DNA from: Octopus vulgaris
Taxonomy: Eukaryota
Reading direction: 5' to 3'
DNA length: 64,000 nt
Assembly: GCA_951406725.2 (NCBI GenBank)
Contig: OX597817.1
Location: forward strand, 1,736,001 to 1,800,000
Shown here: one piece after another, positions 9,721-22,321 of the stretch
Layout of the letters: each line of letters begins with the position of its first letter
Numbering within the stretch: the first letter of the stretch is position 1
Program-made: the position numbers and the translations under genes
Notes under the pieces: generated by a model
The model's input: only the letters and a program-made list of their open reading frames with translations
Databases searched by the model: none
What the model was told of the DNA's origin: nothing

Positions 9721-12700
9721 GTTTCTGATCGTAGTAAATATAGAAAACGTTTCGGGGCACATCTTTCGGGCTAAACTATACTACACCCACCCACAGATAC
9801 ACGTGCGCACTCACAGCCATGCATACTGTATATAAATTAATGTAAAACATGTGTACATAGTATTTTAAATGTTTCTATGCACGTATACAGTGATTACTCA
9901 TTAGTGATACACATAATATTTCTGTAACTCCAGTAGAAGTGCTTGCCTTGCAATCCTGCGGCAACGGTTTCCATCACACTGTGTGGTTTCTTAGACAATT
10001 GCATTTTCCCTATCCTCTGCCTCAAACTTTTTGAGTGAATCTGGGTGAACGAAAGCCGCGCAGAAACCTATTTGATAGATGCTGATATGTCGAAATCAAC
10101 GTAAGAATCAATGTAAGAATTGTGTGTGTGTGTGTAAACACACACGCAGAAACACTCTCACCACACACACATAATACTATAAGAACAAATTTCCGGGTGA
10201 TTCCCGTCATCAGAGATAACAAAACAACTTCAGAACCCCCCCCCCCCCCATCTGCTATCCATTAAAGCATTTCCAACATTGCCGAAACGCATCTCAGGGT
10301 AAATATTTAAAGAATTTAAACACCTCGTTTGTTTCAGGCAAATGGTTAGATTACTTCATAATGGTATGAAAGGTCGAGGGTGATATCACGCTGAACTTTT
10401 GTTTTGGATTCGACATCAATAGTGGCTTAGACTGTTTTATCGCACCACCTTGCATGAATTCGAACTTGAAGTTACTAATGTGTATTGTATAGTAGGATTT
10501 TCAATCTACGACGACTTAAACCGAAAAGACATACGTCTGCTCCTACTGTCTGTAAGCTGCAGTATATCAACAACAAGATTGTTTCAGCTTTAACTGATTG
10601 CAATTAACGAACAGCCCTCCATGAATTTGCTCACGTTTTTTAAATGCCAAAGATGAAAACTCTTAGCCAATATCGACTCGGTGCAGCAAGACGGCCTCAT
10701 CAATTTACTACCGGTTGTGAATTAGATGAAATTTTATCTTTCATCTATTTTGATTGTGCATCTTCTGTTCCCTGAAAGACACTGCCTTAATGTTTCTCTG
10801 ACATCATGTCCTTCACAACAGTAACCCAAACTAAAAATAAAGGCTTAAGGGTGTCATGATGTTGTGCTCAACACACCAACCTATGAAGAAATAAGTCGTC
10901 TTGAAAGATTTCATCATATAAAACTACAACGACCTGAATATCAAATCGGATGATTCTGTAACAAACAACCGTGTACAAGCAATAACAAGATGCATCAGTC
11001 ACTGTTATATCGCAATACTACTCAGTGGTTCTGTGTTCTGCGCAATCCTCGTCGCAACTGTTATATTGCACGTTCCGATCACCTCAACTCTCGGCGTCTA
11101 GACCTCTCTCTCTATATCTACGTGTTGGGTTAGCCTACTTCATCATCTGGGGGCGTCCACACAACAGAAGCATTAACTGTTATACATAGATTCAGACGTT
11201 ACAGTACTCCCAAAACATCTTATACTTCGAACTTTCAAAAGATTACACCCCAAAGAGTGTACCAAAGAAATGCTTTTATGACTGCGTTAAAATCGTACAT
11301 TTATACAATATTCAGCTTAGCATGTAGGGAAGATAACTGAAGATCTCCAGTTCTGGAGGAAAGCACACTGAGGAACAAAGCTACCGCTTATTACATTCGC
11401 CATAAGAAACTGAGAGAGAAAAAAAAAAAGAAATAGAAAAAGAAAAATGAGAGGAGTTCTGGTCCAAAAACCTCAGTGGAGATGTTTTGATTCCGAAAAA
11501 CACTGAAAGACAGGAAAACCGGAAATATCAATAGCATCGAAGAACATTTCGAAACAACCTCGACAACGTGCAAATAAAAGAACACCCCACACACACACAC
11601 ACTCCTACATATATGTATGGCTGTATGTATGTGTTAGTGTGTTTATGTCCCCGTAGCAGTTCGGCTATAGTGATCAATCAAATAAGTACCAAGCAAATAA
11701 GAAGTAGTGGGGTCGATTCATTCGACTAAAAATTTTTTTGAAGGCAGTGTCCCAGGAAGGCCGCAATCTAATGATCGGGAGCCTGTACTTGGTTACTCGG
11801 TCAACTAGAATTAACAGTAAAATAGTCTCCAAACCATATTCATTCTAGGTACACTGTATCTAAAGATAATATTCGGTGTGATGATGGCTTGAATCCCTTT
11901 TCTCCTCAGATTTGCTCAATCAAACCAGGAACAAAGTAACAACAACAGCAGCAGCGACAGCGCCGGCGACGAAAATAATGACAACAAACAACAACATCGA
12001 CTCTTCAGTTTGTACTTTCAAATTGGTTTCATCGATGTAGAGAGTTTCCATTAGCCTATAAATTCGGATAAGTAGCGAGCCGCTTCTCTGTCTCTCAACC
12101 TATTTAGAAATATTAGCTAAATTTTGCACAAATTACACCTTACCATCATCATCTAAGAAAAGGTATACTGGCGAACGAAATCTACAAAAATCGGGGCTCA
12201 CAGCTTGAGACGGATTTCCTCGTTCAGGATTGACCTGATACTAAACAACACAACAACTAATGTGATAATAGTTTTAAATATTAGTATTGTATGAAGCCTC
12301 AGTTCATACTTTGTGGGTATTAATGTCTCTGAAAGACTATCAACATATGCAAAACATCCCTGACGTCCAGCCTTTAACCTATACTAATTGAAACATATTT
12401 GATAAGGCCTGTTACTCTAGCAGGGCGTAGTTCTTTTTTAGGCCTAAAATCAAAGGCATTCGAGCTGAGGACACTCCGTGTTTTCCACTAATTTTATCCA
12501 GTTATAAGTGTATCTAAAAGTACTCTTCAACGACTTATTTTTTCTTTTGAATATGATAAATTATGACCTGAGAAGGTCTCTACTCGAACCACATTGTACC
12601 TAGGACTATATTACCTAACACGTCCTTCCCTTTTAAATACAATAGGGTGTGATTTGAGATTCACTGCTATTTGTAGTATAATGCCTAGAGACTCTACTGT

Positions 12701-13359
12701 AAGAAAAGCAACAAAAATATAACCTTGACATCTGAAAAGAAATTTTATAATGGATGCCAAATTTTCATTATTTATCTATTTATTTTTCATGTCTCATTCG
12801 CTTCTCTGAATGCTTCAATATATTCAAGCATTTTCTAATATCACAAAGAATTCAAGGGCCCAAATTTAATGTACTATCTGCCCCTCTCTCCTAGGCCCTT
12901 CATACATCTACTGCCTACATCAAATCCAGATGCGTTTCAAAATTTTTTCAAACGTGTTCTTAATGGGATTGATAATGCTGATTTTGAACATAAGCTACGT
13001 ATTTTAGAATCTGGTAAAGTAGATTATAGCGAACAAATACTTGACTGATAGTTATTTTATCAACATCTAAAGGATGAAACTCAAAGTCGATCCCTAACTC
13101 GGGTTTCTATCTCATAGCATAAAAAGGTATAAAAAGATATTTATAAACATTATAAGATATTTTGTCCAGAATTCTACTGATTCTAATAATCCTCCAGAGT
13201 CTAGGAAACTAATTCACCACACACACGCGCGCGCGTACGCATAGGTTTATCGAACTTGGAAAAATAATATCAAAGCCGACCACAGCAATATTTGAAATTT
13301 GACGAAAAAGACGTTTTGTTTGACATTTTATCATTCTACTTCCCCATCATACTCCATAA

Positions 13360-13574
13360 CATCCTTTCCACTATTGGCACAAGGCCTGAAATTTGGGGGA
13401 GAGGGCTAGTCGATTACATCGATCTCAGTGCATGACTGGTACTTATTTTATCGCCTCCGAAAGGATGAACTGCAAATTCGGCCTCGACGGAATTTGAATT
13501 CAGAACGTAAAGACGGACGAAATGCTGCGAAGCATTTTGTCCGGCGTGCTAACAATTCTGCTAGTTCGCCTACT
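13360..13574 (-). mobile_element. SINE family A
   Basis: Colinear with 55462-55677 over its whole length. Confidence 0.85.
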
Positions 13575-14504
13575 TATTCAGTAGTATCGATAACAATGTA
13601 CGAGTTCTATCAGAAGACATATGGGTAGTAACAGGCAATGATATATCTCTTTTGATAAATTATCCAAGTATAAAAACAGACAGCAGAATTGAAAACAAAC
13701 AATTGTGAATTGGACCCTTGTGAGTGATTAAAAAAAAAATGATGCAGAAAAACATATAACCAAAACTTCAGGACGTGGTACACTCATATATAAGATACTG
13801 TATATAGCACTACTAACACCAGCCATATATTATGTGGAGCACTTTCAACACAATAGAAAAACAAAACAAAAACAACGCTACCCGTACCCAAAGCCAACAA
13901 TGTTGCGCTTGGTTGTGCAATCAAAGCACGCAATAAAAATAAGACTACCGAAAAAATGTTTTCTTTATTTGCCGCAAGAGTAGCGTACGAGGGACATTAC
14001 AAAGAAGAAATACGGGCAGTGGGTGGTTATACTAATAATAATAGACTTCATAGTGAGCGAAGTAATTCTGTAAGTTAAAATGGTATCATTTTGAAGACTG
14101 TGTTTAGAAAGCACATAAAAACACATAAACGCACAGTCTCATACACATACACAAACACGCGCGCACACACACACATAAACACACACACACACACACACAC
14201 AGAGTCATACACACAAGCTTTTAATGGATATTTGTTGAGCAAGAAACCATAAAATTTCATTGACAATTTTACAAAGCTATGAAAATAAACCTGTTAGATT
14301 TAGTAGCGGTAATTCAGGGAAGGGCGGATTAGATAAATAAAGGTTCTTGTTATATATTTATTTATTCATCTCTTAATTTTATCAAGGGAGCTTAGTTTTC
14401 ATTGGTAAGGTTTTTTTCCCCTCTCGTTAACAGTGATGGTATTCAATTCGCATATTGTCTGTTCTGCTATTATTGTTGCTGTTGTTATTGGTATTTGGTC
14501 GTTG

Positions 14505-14695
14505 TTGCTGCTTAACCCCGGGGTAGCTCTGACTGTGCAGACCTATGCCCAAAAGTACAATCATGACCATGCCAACATTTTCATGAGTATTGCATGCCTA
14601 GAACTACATGTTCCTTTTGTAAGACATTAGCATGGAATTTGAAATTTGACTGATATTTCTAGAAGATCGTTCGGTCACATAGAGGCCACCTCGCA
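14505..14695 (-). repeat. Old dispersed repeat (family D, core GGCTGCTATTTCTAGC), representative copy
   Basis: Diverged copies of the same ~190-bp module or its core occur near 7755, 11790, 12100, 12655, 15240, 15460, 19305, 20465, 25500-25655, 30570, 42215, 47490, 48100 and 56700-56930, in both orientations, often ending in (AAC)n. Orientation is tentative. Confidence 0.6.
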
Positions 14696-15948
14696 GACTC
14701 ATCAGAGAGATAAGGGCAGCGCCCATCACCTTCAATTTTTCCAGAGCCTCTGAGATTGATGGGAGGAAAAGAGGAATGTATCCTCAAACCAGACTTCGGG
14801 CCTGTATGTTTGCAATAGAATCAACTCGGCTAAAATCAAACAACGACCAGTTGTTTGGAATTAAGCCAGACAACGGATTAATGTATCACTCAAGGACTCG
14901 GAGAGTGACGAATCGGTATTTAGTTGTACGCTATAACGATCTGCCAGTCACCATCCTGGTTCCAGGCTTGATTTGAACTCAGACATGCAGAGAGCCGGGG
15001 CACACATCACTAAGCATTTCGTGTTACACTCTCACAACTCGGTCACTACTGGTTGGTCGATTTGTTTGTCAGTTGCATGTTGTAGATCATTAATATTGTT
15101 GCTTACCTCTTCTATGGCCCTTATCATTCACACTTAAGATCAAAGACGCTTCAACTGCGACCACATCGCCCTTCTTCTAGACTGCATCTAGGATCACATT
15201 ATCAAATCTGACATTTCTGTTTTAAGGTCGCGTAATTTTGAAGATCTAGCTGTGATTTTTAATAAGCTGAGTGACCCAGCACATAGGCGCTCCCTCGTCG
15301 AAACATACTGTCGGCAGATTAAGTACTTCAATATGAGAACGCCTACCCATGTTTAATGATAATCGGTGAACTTGCTGTTAAATATTTCTCTTTCTATACT
15401 GATCAAACAAATCAGCCATGAGCAAATGAAGGATCTTTGCAGAGTAAATGGAGCAACTAGATGTAACAGCTAAGTCCTCTTTCAATTTTTCTCTATCGTC
15501 TTAAATCTTAGAAATACATATTGAATTATACAATACGAAGCACACGATTTATGAAAAAGATTAAAAAAAACAACAGAAAAAGACTGGTTTAATGTCTTTG
15601 ATCAAAGGTCTGTTTGATCAGAACTAGCTTAGTGCTAAACAATAACAATCCTGTGGCAGCCCTTTTGCTACCTATTTATAATAGCTGTTTCTTCTTTTCG
15701 TCTGTAGTCCTTATCTATCATAATTTATAGCCATGACCATCATTGACTTTCTTTTCCAGATATACAGATTCCAGCAGCACATTATGTCGTCTTCATCAAT
15801 GTGTTTGTCGGTTTTTTCTTCTTTTATGTTGATATTTATAGGTGATATTCCAGTATACTAAATACTACTTTCACTTCACGTAATTCTTTTTAAAAGGGGC
15901 GGATTCTGCATAGTCGTTTCACGTCACACAGACACACACACACACATA

Positions 15949-16784
15949 CGGTATCTCACAGAAGTATGTACACCCCTAGAAAATTTCAGTAAAATTGCCA
16001 TTACTCTGATAATACTGAAGGAAATCAAACGAACTTTATGCTGAATAAAATATATTATTCATGTGAACATTATACAAATCAGAACACAAAACAATAAACA
16101 TATTCAAAGATGTGACGAAATAGTAATTTTCATAAGATAGAAAAATATGTACACCCTAAAGGATTATTTGCTATATTCAATATTTGGTGTAACCGCCCTT
16201 GCTTTCAATGACTGTATTAAGTCTTCTGGACATAGAGTCGACTAACTTTCCACATATAACCGATGAGATCGACCTCCATTCATCCTGAATGATGTCTTTC
16301 AACTGTGTTACATTGTGGGTTTTTTTCTCCTCAACCTTACTTTTCAAAACACCCCACAGATATTCTATTGGGTTAAAATCAGCTGATATGGTAGGCCAAG
16401 GCAATACCTTTACCTTTTTATCAGATATAAACTTAGTCGCTATCTTTGATATGTGTTTAAGGTCATTATTATGTTGGAACATGGAATGTCTTCCTATTTC
16501 CTTGATACTTTTCAACATTGTTTTATGAAATATGTCACAATAAAGCCTTGAACCCACTGTTCTCTCAATAAAAGTGACTCCTCCCATACCAGCTGCACTC
16601 ATGCATCCCCAAAGCAAAACACTTCCGCCGCGGTAGGTACGGTGCATTTGTCTATACTATCTTCACCTGGTCGTTTAATACCATCTGACCCCAAAAAGTT
16701 GATTTTAGTCTCGTTTGAAAAATAAATTTTATTCCGAACCTCTTTTCCTTTACTCACATGGGTTTCGGTAAAAGCAAGACGACG
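15949..16784 (-). mobile_element. Tc1-family DNA transposon remnant (3' half; IR/DR-type TIR; DD34E transposase pseudogene)
   Basis: TA|CGGTATCTCACAGAAGTATGTACACCCCT terminus and inner direct repeat GAAAAATATGTACACCCT at about 16140. ORF 16177-16647 contains WGCMSAAG, FQHNND...WPTISADFNPIEYLW and ends GGYTKY; 34 residues separate the second catalytic position from E; both catalytic Asp read as Asn. Confidence 0.92.
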
Positions 16785-16918
16785 GGTTTCTGTCAGTTTC
16801 CGTCTACCAGATCCACTCGGCTTTGATCACCCGCCCAACCAAGATGCCACACAGTGGGACTGAACCTGGAACCATGTGGTTGGGAAGCAAGCTTCTTACC
16901 ACACAGCCACGCCTGCGC

Positions 16919-16920
<2 letters not shown>
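16781..16920 (-). mobile_element. SINE family B 5' half fused to the truncated Tc1
   Basis: Reverse complement AGGCGCAGGCGTGGCTGTGTGGTAAGAAGCTTGCTTCCCAACC matches the head of 61261-61668. Confidence 0.85.
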
Positions 16921-16989
<69 letters not shown>

Positions 16990-19040
16990 CATATATAATG
17001 TTGTGATATATACTATAATTTTATTATTATTATTATTATTTGCTGCTGAATGTAACTGCGCTTGCTTGGTGGATTCGAAAAGTTAGAATGTATAAGTATG
17101 TAGCACGTGTATTCGCCGAGCTGCATAAATATGCATTAATCTTAGCGCCCTTACTGAAGAAGCACGGATGGCACATTAATGCAGAAACTCGAGTCTAGGG
17201 TTAACTATAGAAGTATTTTTATTTTTCATTCCCTTTTAAAATTACTCTTATTCATGGTTTGGTCTTTAACTGCCCTCTCTAGCATGTAAGGTGTTCTGTT
17301 AAAGGTCACCTCTTTTGCGTATAAATACGTACACTATTATACATATCTATATATATGTGTGTGCATGCGTATGTGTGTGTGCGCGCGCCCGCGCGTGTGT
17401 GTTTAGAAAGAGAGAGAGACCTGATGAACATGGTCATTAGTATGCCGTGAAATAATATTTGCTGTCGCTAGTTTTAGTCGATCAAATTAAATTTATACAC
17501 AAATATATACACAAACGTAAGCGTACAAAATTTGCGCGCGTGTGCGTGTTAGTCTGTGAGCGTGCGCGCATGTTTTCGTGTATTTCTGTACGGGTGCGTG
17601 CGCGTGTGCTCACGTAGGTCTTTATTTGCAACATGAAATCATTGGTGTTTCAAGTTATACTTGTAAACTAACACGTCCAGCCTCTGTCTATCCGTCTGTC
17701 TCTCTCACAGATAAAGAGTGGGGAGAGAGAGAGAGAGACAAATGTATAATAAACACATTCCACACTCTCACACACATACACACGCAGAAGCCACACACAC
17801 ACACACATAAGCACATACATATACAGAGGCCACACACACATACACGGGTCGATCTACAAAAAAAAAAGTATCATCTGATTGTTATAATTATTACAGTACT
17901 AGAATAGAGTAGATTCTGAATAAATGTCACTTAGCTATTGCCACATATACGTCATTTTACTGTGAAATTATGTCCCGTGGTTAAACTGCAAGCTTTTCTG
18001 CAGCATGGATGAATACTGGACCAGCTAGTTTCGTTCTTTTTATAACTCATCAGTATGGTTCAACTCATTGATATAAATGATAAAGATTTATGATCGAATT
18101 GAAATTACCGTTACAATCAGATGTGTCATTCATACATTTTAATGACCAGAATTCCACTGCTGGAAGTCATATGCTACGACAACATTCAATTATTTTAACT
18201 AAGCACAAGGTTTGTAGATTTTTAGAAGATAACGGGAGAGAGTTGATGCAACGTGCAATGTGTTACCGTGGTTATAGTTGTGCTGCAAATCAATCCTAAT
18301 TGACCTGACATTTGAACAAAGACGTTCCATAATCGACCATTACATCTCAATTTTTCAGAAACAATGTACGTGATATAATGATACATGATATAATGTTCTA
18401 GTGTGTCCGTTTTTATTTTTCGTCTTGTTTGTCTTCTTAGAAGGAAATTTGAGGGAAATCTAGATATTATTTCAAGCAAGTTGTGTCAAAACGAAAGAGA
18501 CTCCTTCGTTGGATTATCTCCTGAAGAACTATTTAATAGAAAAAGTAGAATGCCGTAAAAATATTACAAAACGAAAAAAAGGTGGGGAAGGCTAAGATAA
18601 AGAGATGGTCTGAATGAGAAATAGGAATTAATGGATGGAATTGGTTATTCCCTGGTAGCCAAACAATGAATAAACGGACTAAATGTTCGCTCGTATATTT
18701 ATTCTGGTGCATAAGGAATTCGAATTTACGCCCAAGATCAGCCATTGTAGTAGAGAGTAGGAAGGATTAGGTCAATTCAAATACTTGAGTGGTGTTCATG
18801 TGAATGCGAAGGGACGCAATCAAATATCGCAACATATTGTGTACATCGTTCTACAAACCGTTTGAGAAAGCTCGTTGCTCGTTATACTGGCTGCTCTGGA
18901 CGATCTTAGAGCCAAGAGCTCTACATATATTACGGAACAATGTGTTGTTGATATTTCGCGTCAGATCAGTTTTAATCGAGCATAACTATGGCCAAACATT
19001 TTCATACCAAATCCAATCCATCTTTAAATCTATCTATCTA

Positions 19041-19101
<61 letters not shown>

Positions 19102-19106
19102 GTCTG

Positions 19107-19231
<125 letters not shown>

Positions 19232-19509
19232 ATTTAAAGAAGTATGTTTTCCTACGATTCTTCCATTTTTAGAACGCTTCTTATAGAATGAATTAAAGGA
19301 ATGTAGCTGCTATTTCTAGCAGATTGAGTGACTGCGTAGACCCCACCCACATTAACTCGAGGAATGTGTGTCTATGTATGTATGTATGTATGTATGTATG
19401 TATGTATGTATGTATGTATGTATGTGTGTGTATGTATGTATGTGGTGCGTGATAGATGTCATATGTGATTTGAGAGTATTCATACTGTAGTAAGGAACAG
19501 ATCAGTAAT

Positions 19510-19549
<40 letters not shown>

Positions 19550-20735
19550 ACGACGGCTGGGAAACATCAGTGCGAGCTATCCAAATTGACGTTGTTATTG
19601 GTATTGTTGTTTGTTACTTTTTACGATATTGCTGTTGTTGGTGTTGTTGTTATTGTGGCAGTTCAAGAGATTACTACACATTTCTGTCACCTGAAACGAG
19701 GTGATCAGGTTTCCTTCAAAAGAAGTATGTCAAAGTTCGTGAGCAGATGTCGTTGACAGTTAGCTATTTACCTCCCCCCACCTCTCTCTCTCTCTCCTTC
19801 ATTCTCTTATCTATTCCTTGCTCTCTTTCCCTTTCTAATCACCCCTGTATTACCCAGCTCTCTCTCTCTCTCTCCATGAAAGACTAAGGTCTTAGAAAAA
19901 TATTGCCTCAGTTTCCTTTTTTTGCCTCTTGCTTTTGCTTAAGGTTTCTATTAGTTGCACTGTGATGACGACGACGACAACAACGATAATGAAACTGACG
20001 ACGACATCGACTTTGTAAACACCACCACTGTCCTTTTCCTCCTCATCCTCATCCTCACTATCATCATCATCGTCGTCGTCTCCATCGTCATCCTCTTCCT
20101 CATCATCGTCATCACTATCATCATCATTAACAAAAATAACAACAACCACTACCGCAGTAAGATCTGAATGTAATCACATTTGATTTTTCGGTCGGATTAA
20201 CGACCGTTCGGTGGCAAATGCTACAACAAAGTGTTAGTCATTTCACCTTTGCCTCCTTCCCATTGACCGCTCTAGTCTTTCCTTCTTTTCAACCAGCTGG
20301 CCACTAGATGGACATCCCGTTTGTTAGAGCAATACAAACGGCTAGTGATGCTATCAGTTAGGCGTTCAGGTACCCAGGTACTGCAAGGCACTGTCCTGTT
20401 GTAGGCCTTTTATTTGCAAGTCACTTTCTCTATTCAAATACTTAAAGGGCAGCGTGGAATCCTTCATGCTAGAAATAATAGGTAAATTTTCCTCAGCTCA
20501 TACAGAACCAATCGTCTTAAAGCAAGAATGACGGACACATTAGATAATGTAGTTGTAGATACGTAATGTCTGAAATACAAAACCGGATTGTCATGATTGG
20601 AAGACCTTCGATTATAGGTCACTTTAATCGGAAGGGACAGTGACTGAAAGGAAGAAGAAGAAGAAGAAGAAGAAGAAGAAGAAGAAGAAGAAGAAGAAGA
20701 AGAAGAAGAAGAAGAAGAAGAAGAAGAAGAAGAAC

Positions 20736-20783
<48 letters not shown>

Positions 20784-20784
<1 letters not shown>

Positions 20785-21342
20785 GCCCTGATGTAGTACC
20801 AGGCAGTGGCTCTCTTGGCTTCTGATCTTAACTGATTGGAAGTGCTACAATGTACATTGGGTTTGTCTTGGTATAAAAGATGGGCTACAGCAAATATTCT
20901 GCTCAATACCACAGATTTGTTTGTCAGTTGCTTGACCTTAACCAGTTGAGCATGTTCCTTAGTGGCTGACGATATGTGCATCTCTGATCGCGAGCAGTGG
21001 TAGTAGGGGAGCATCATAGCCGTGTGTTGAGAGGGATTCTTTGGGGTTTGAATAATTCACCTCTGGAAACATGGGTGTTTCGTTCAACATCCTTAAGCAA
21101 CCCTTATTCAGGGACCTTTTAAGCGGGACGGGTTACTCGACCAGAGGAAAATTCTAACTGGGCCCCACCTGCAAAGTCATGTGCTGTTTATCTTGATATG
21201 AGATCACCATGTCGCGCACATATGGTTGTGATGCATGTGCCTAGTGCACCCTTATCAGACGGGTTGTCATGATGGGTATATTACTGGGCTCCGTATATTT
21301 TACCTCAGTGTCACTTTGATGGCATGCACTGCTCTCTTACTC
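20784..21342. mobile_element. ~560-bp non-coding interspersed element embedded in an (AAT)n array (duplicate at 31885-32443)
   Basis: Complex, higher-GC sequence with sharp borders and pure (AAT)n on both sides; no credible ORF and no TIR seen. Confidence 0.6.
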
Positions 21343-21397
<55 letters not shown>

Positions 21398-21414
21398 GTA
21401 ATAATAATAATAGT

Positions 21415-21628
21415 GTTTTCAAATTTTGTCACAAGGGCAGCAATTTGGGGGGAGAGGTTGAGCCAACTACATCGACCCCAGTGTTTCACAGGTACTAAAT
21501 TTATCGACCCCGAAAGGATAAAAGACAAAGTTGACCTCGGCGGAATTTGAACTCAGAATGTAGCGACGGCGAAATATCGCTAAACATTTCGTCCAGCATG
21601 CTAACGATTCTGCTAACTCGCCGTCTTA
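21415..21628 (-). mobile_element. SINE family A between (AAT)n arrays (duplicate at about 32516-32730)
   Basis: Plus-strand ATCGACCCCGAAAGGATAAAAGACAAAGTTGACCTCGGCGGAATTTGAACTCAGAA...CTCGCCG. Confidence 0.85.
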
Positions 21629-21629
21629 G

Positions 21630-21955
<326 letters not shown>

Positions 21956-22321
21956 AAATTCTTTACTGTGTATATAGCTCAACAATGCCTGTGGTGTGTT
22001 GTGTTTTGCTACTAGAAATTCTGCTTTGATGTTTTGCCGCGTTGGGGATATTGGAAACGTGAAATGATAAACATTAACCTCGAGACATCTTACAGATGAA
22101 ATGACAGCAATGAATGCAAAATATGTTGCTGTTGTTCTTGTTTAGCCCTAGGAATTCTTTATGCAGTCGGGTATTTCTGTGAGTGAGTATATTGTACGTT
22201 TGAAGGTAGGGAAGTGTGATTGGAAAGATTATAACTGGCATTTCTAGCGAGTCGGATGGTTCCCCTAGAGCAGTAGTTCTCAACTGGGGTACATCTAACC
22301 ATAAGGGGTCCATCACTCATT

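Noticed and set aside
11300-11430. Strong minus-strand acceptor-like tract (TTTTTTTTTTTCTCTCTCAG) as a candidate upstream BMP3 exon
   Set aside because: All three frames stop within about 30 codons and none resembles a TGF-beta sequence.
19892-20167. Acidic poly-D/E ORF
   Set aside because: Degenerate (CAT)/(CGT)/(CCT) trinucleotide repeat with no splice or domain support.
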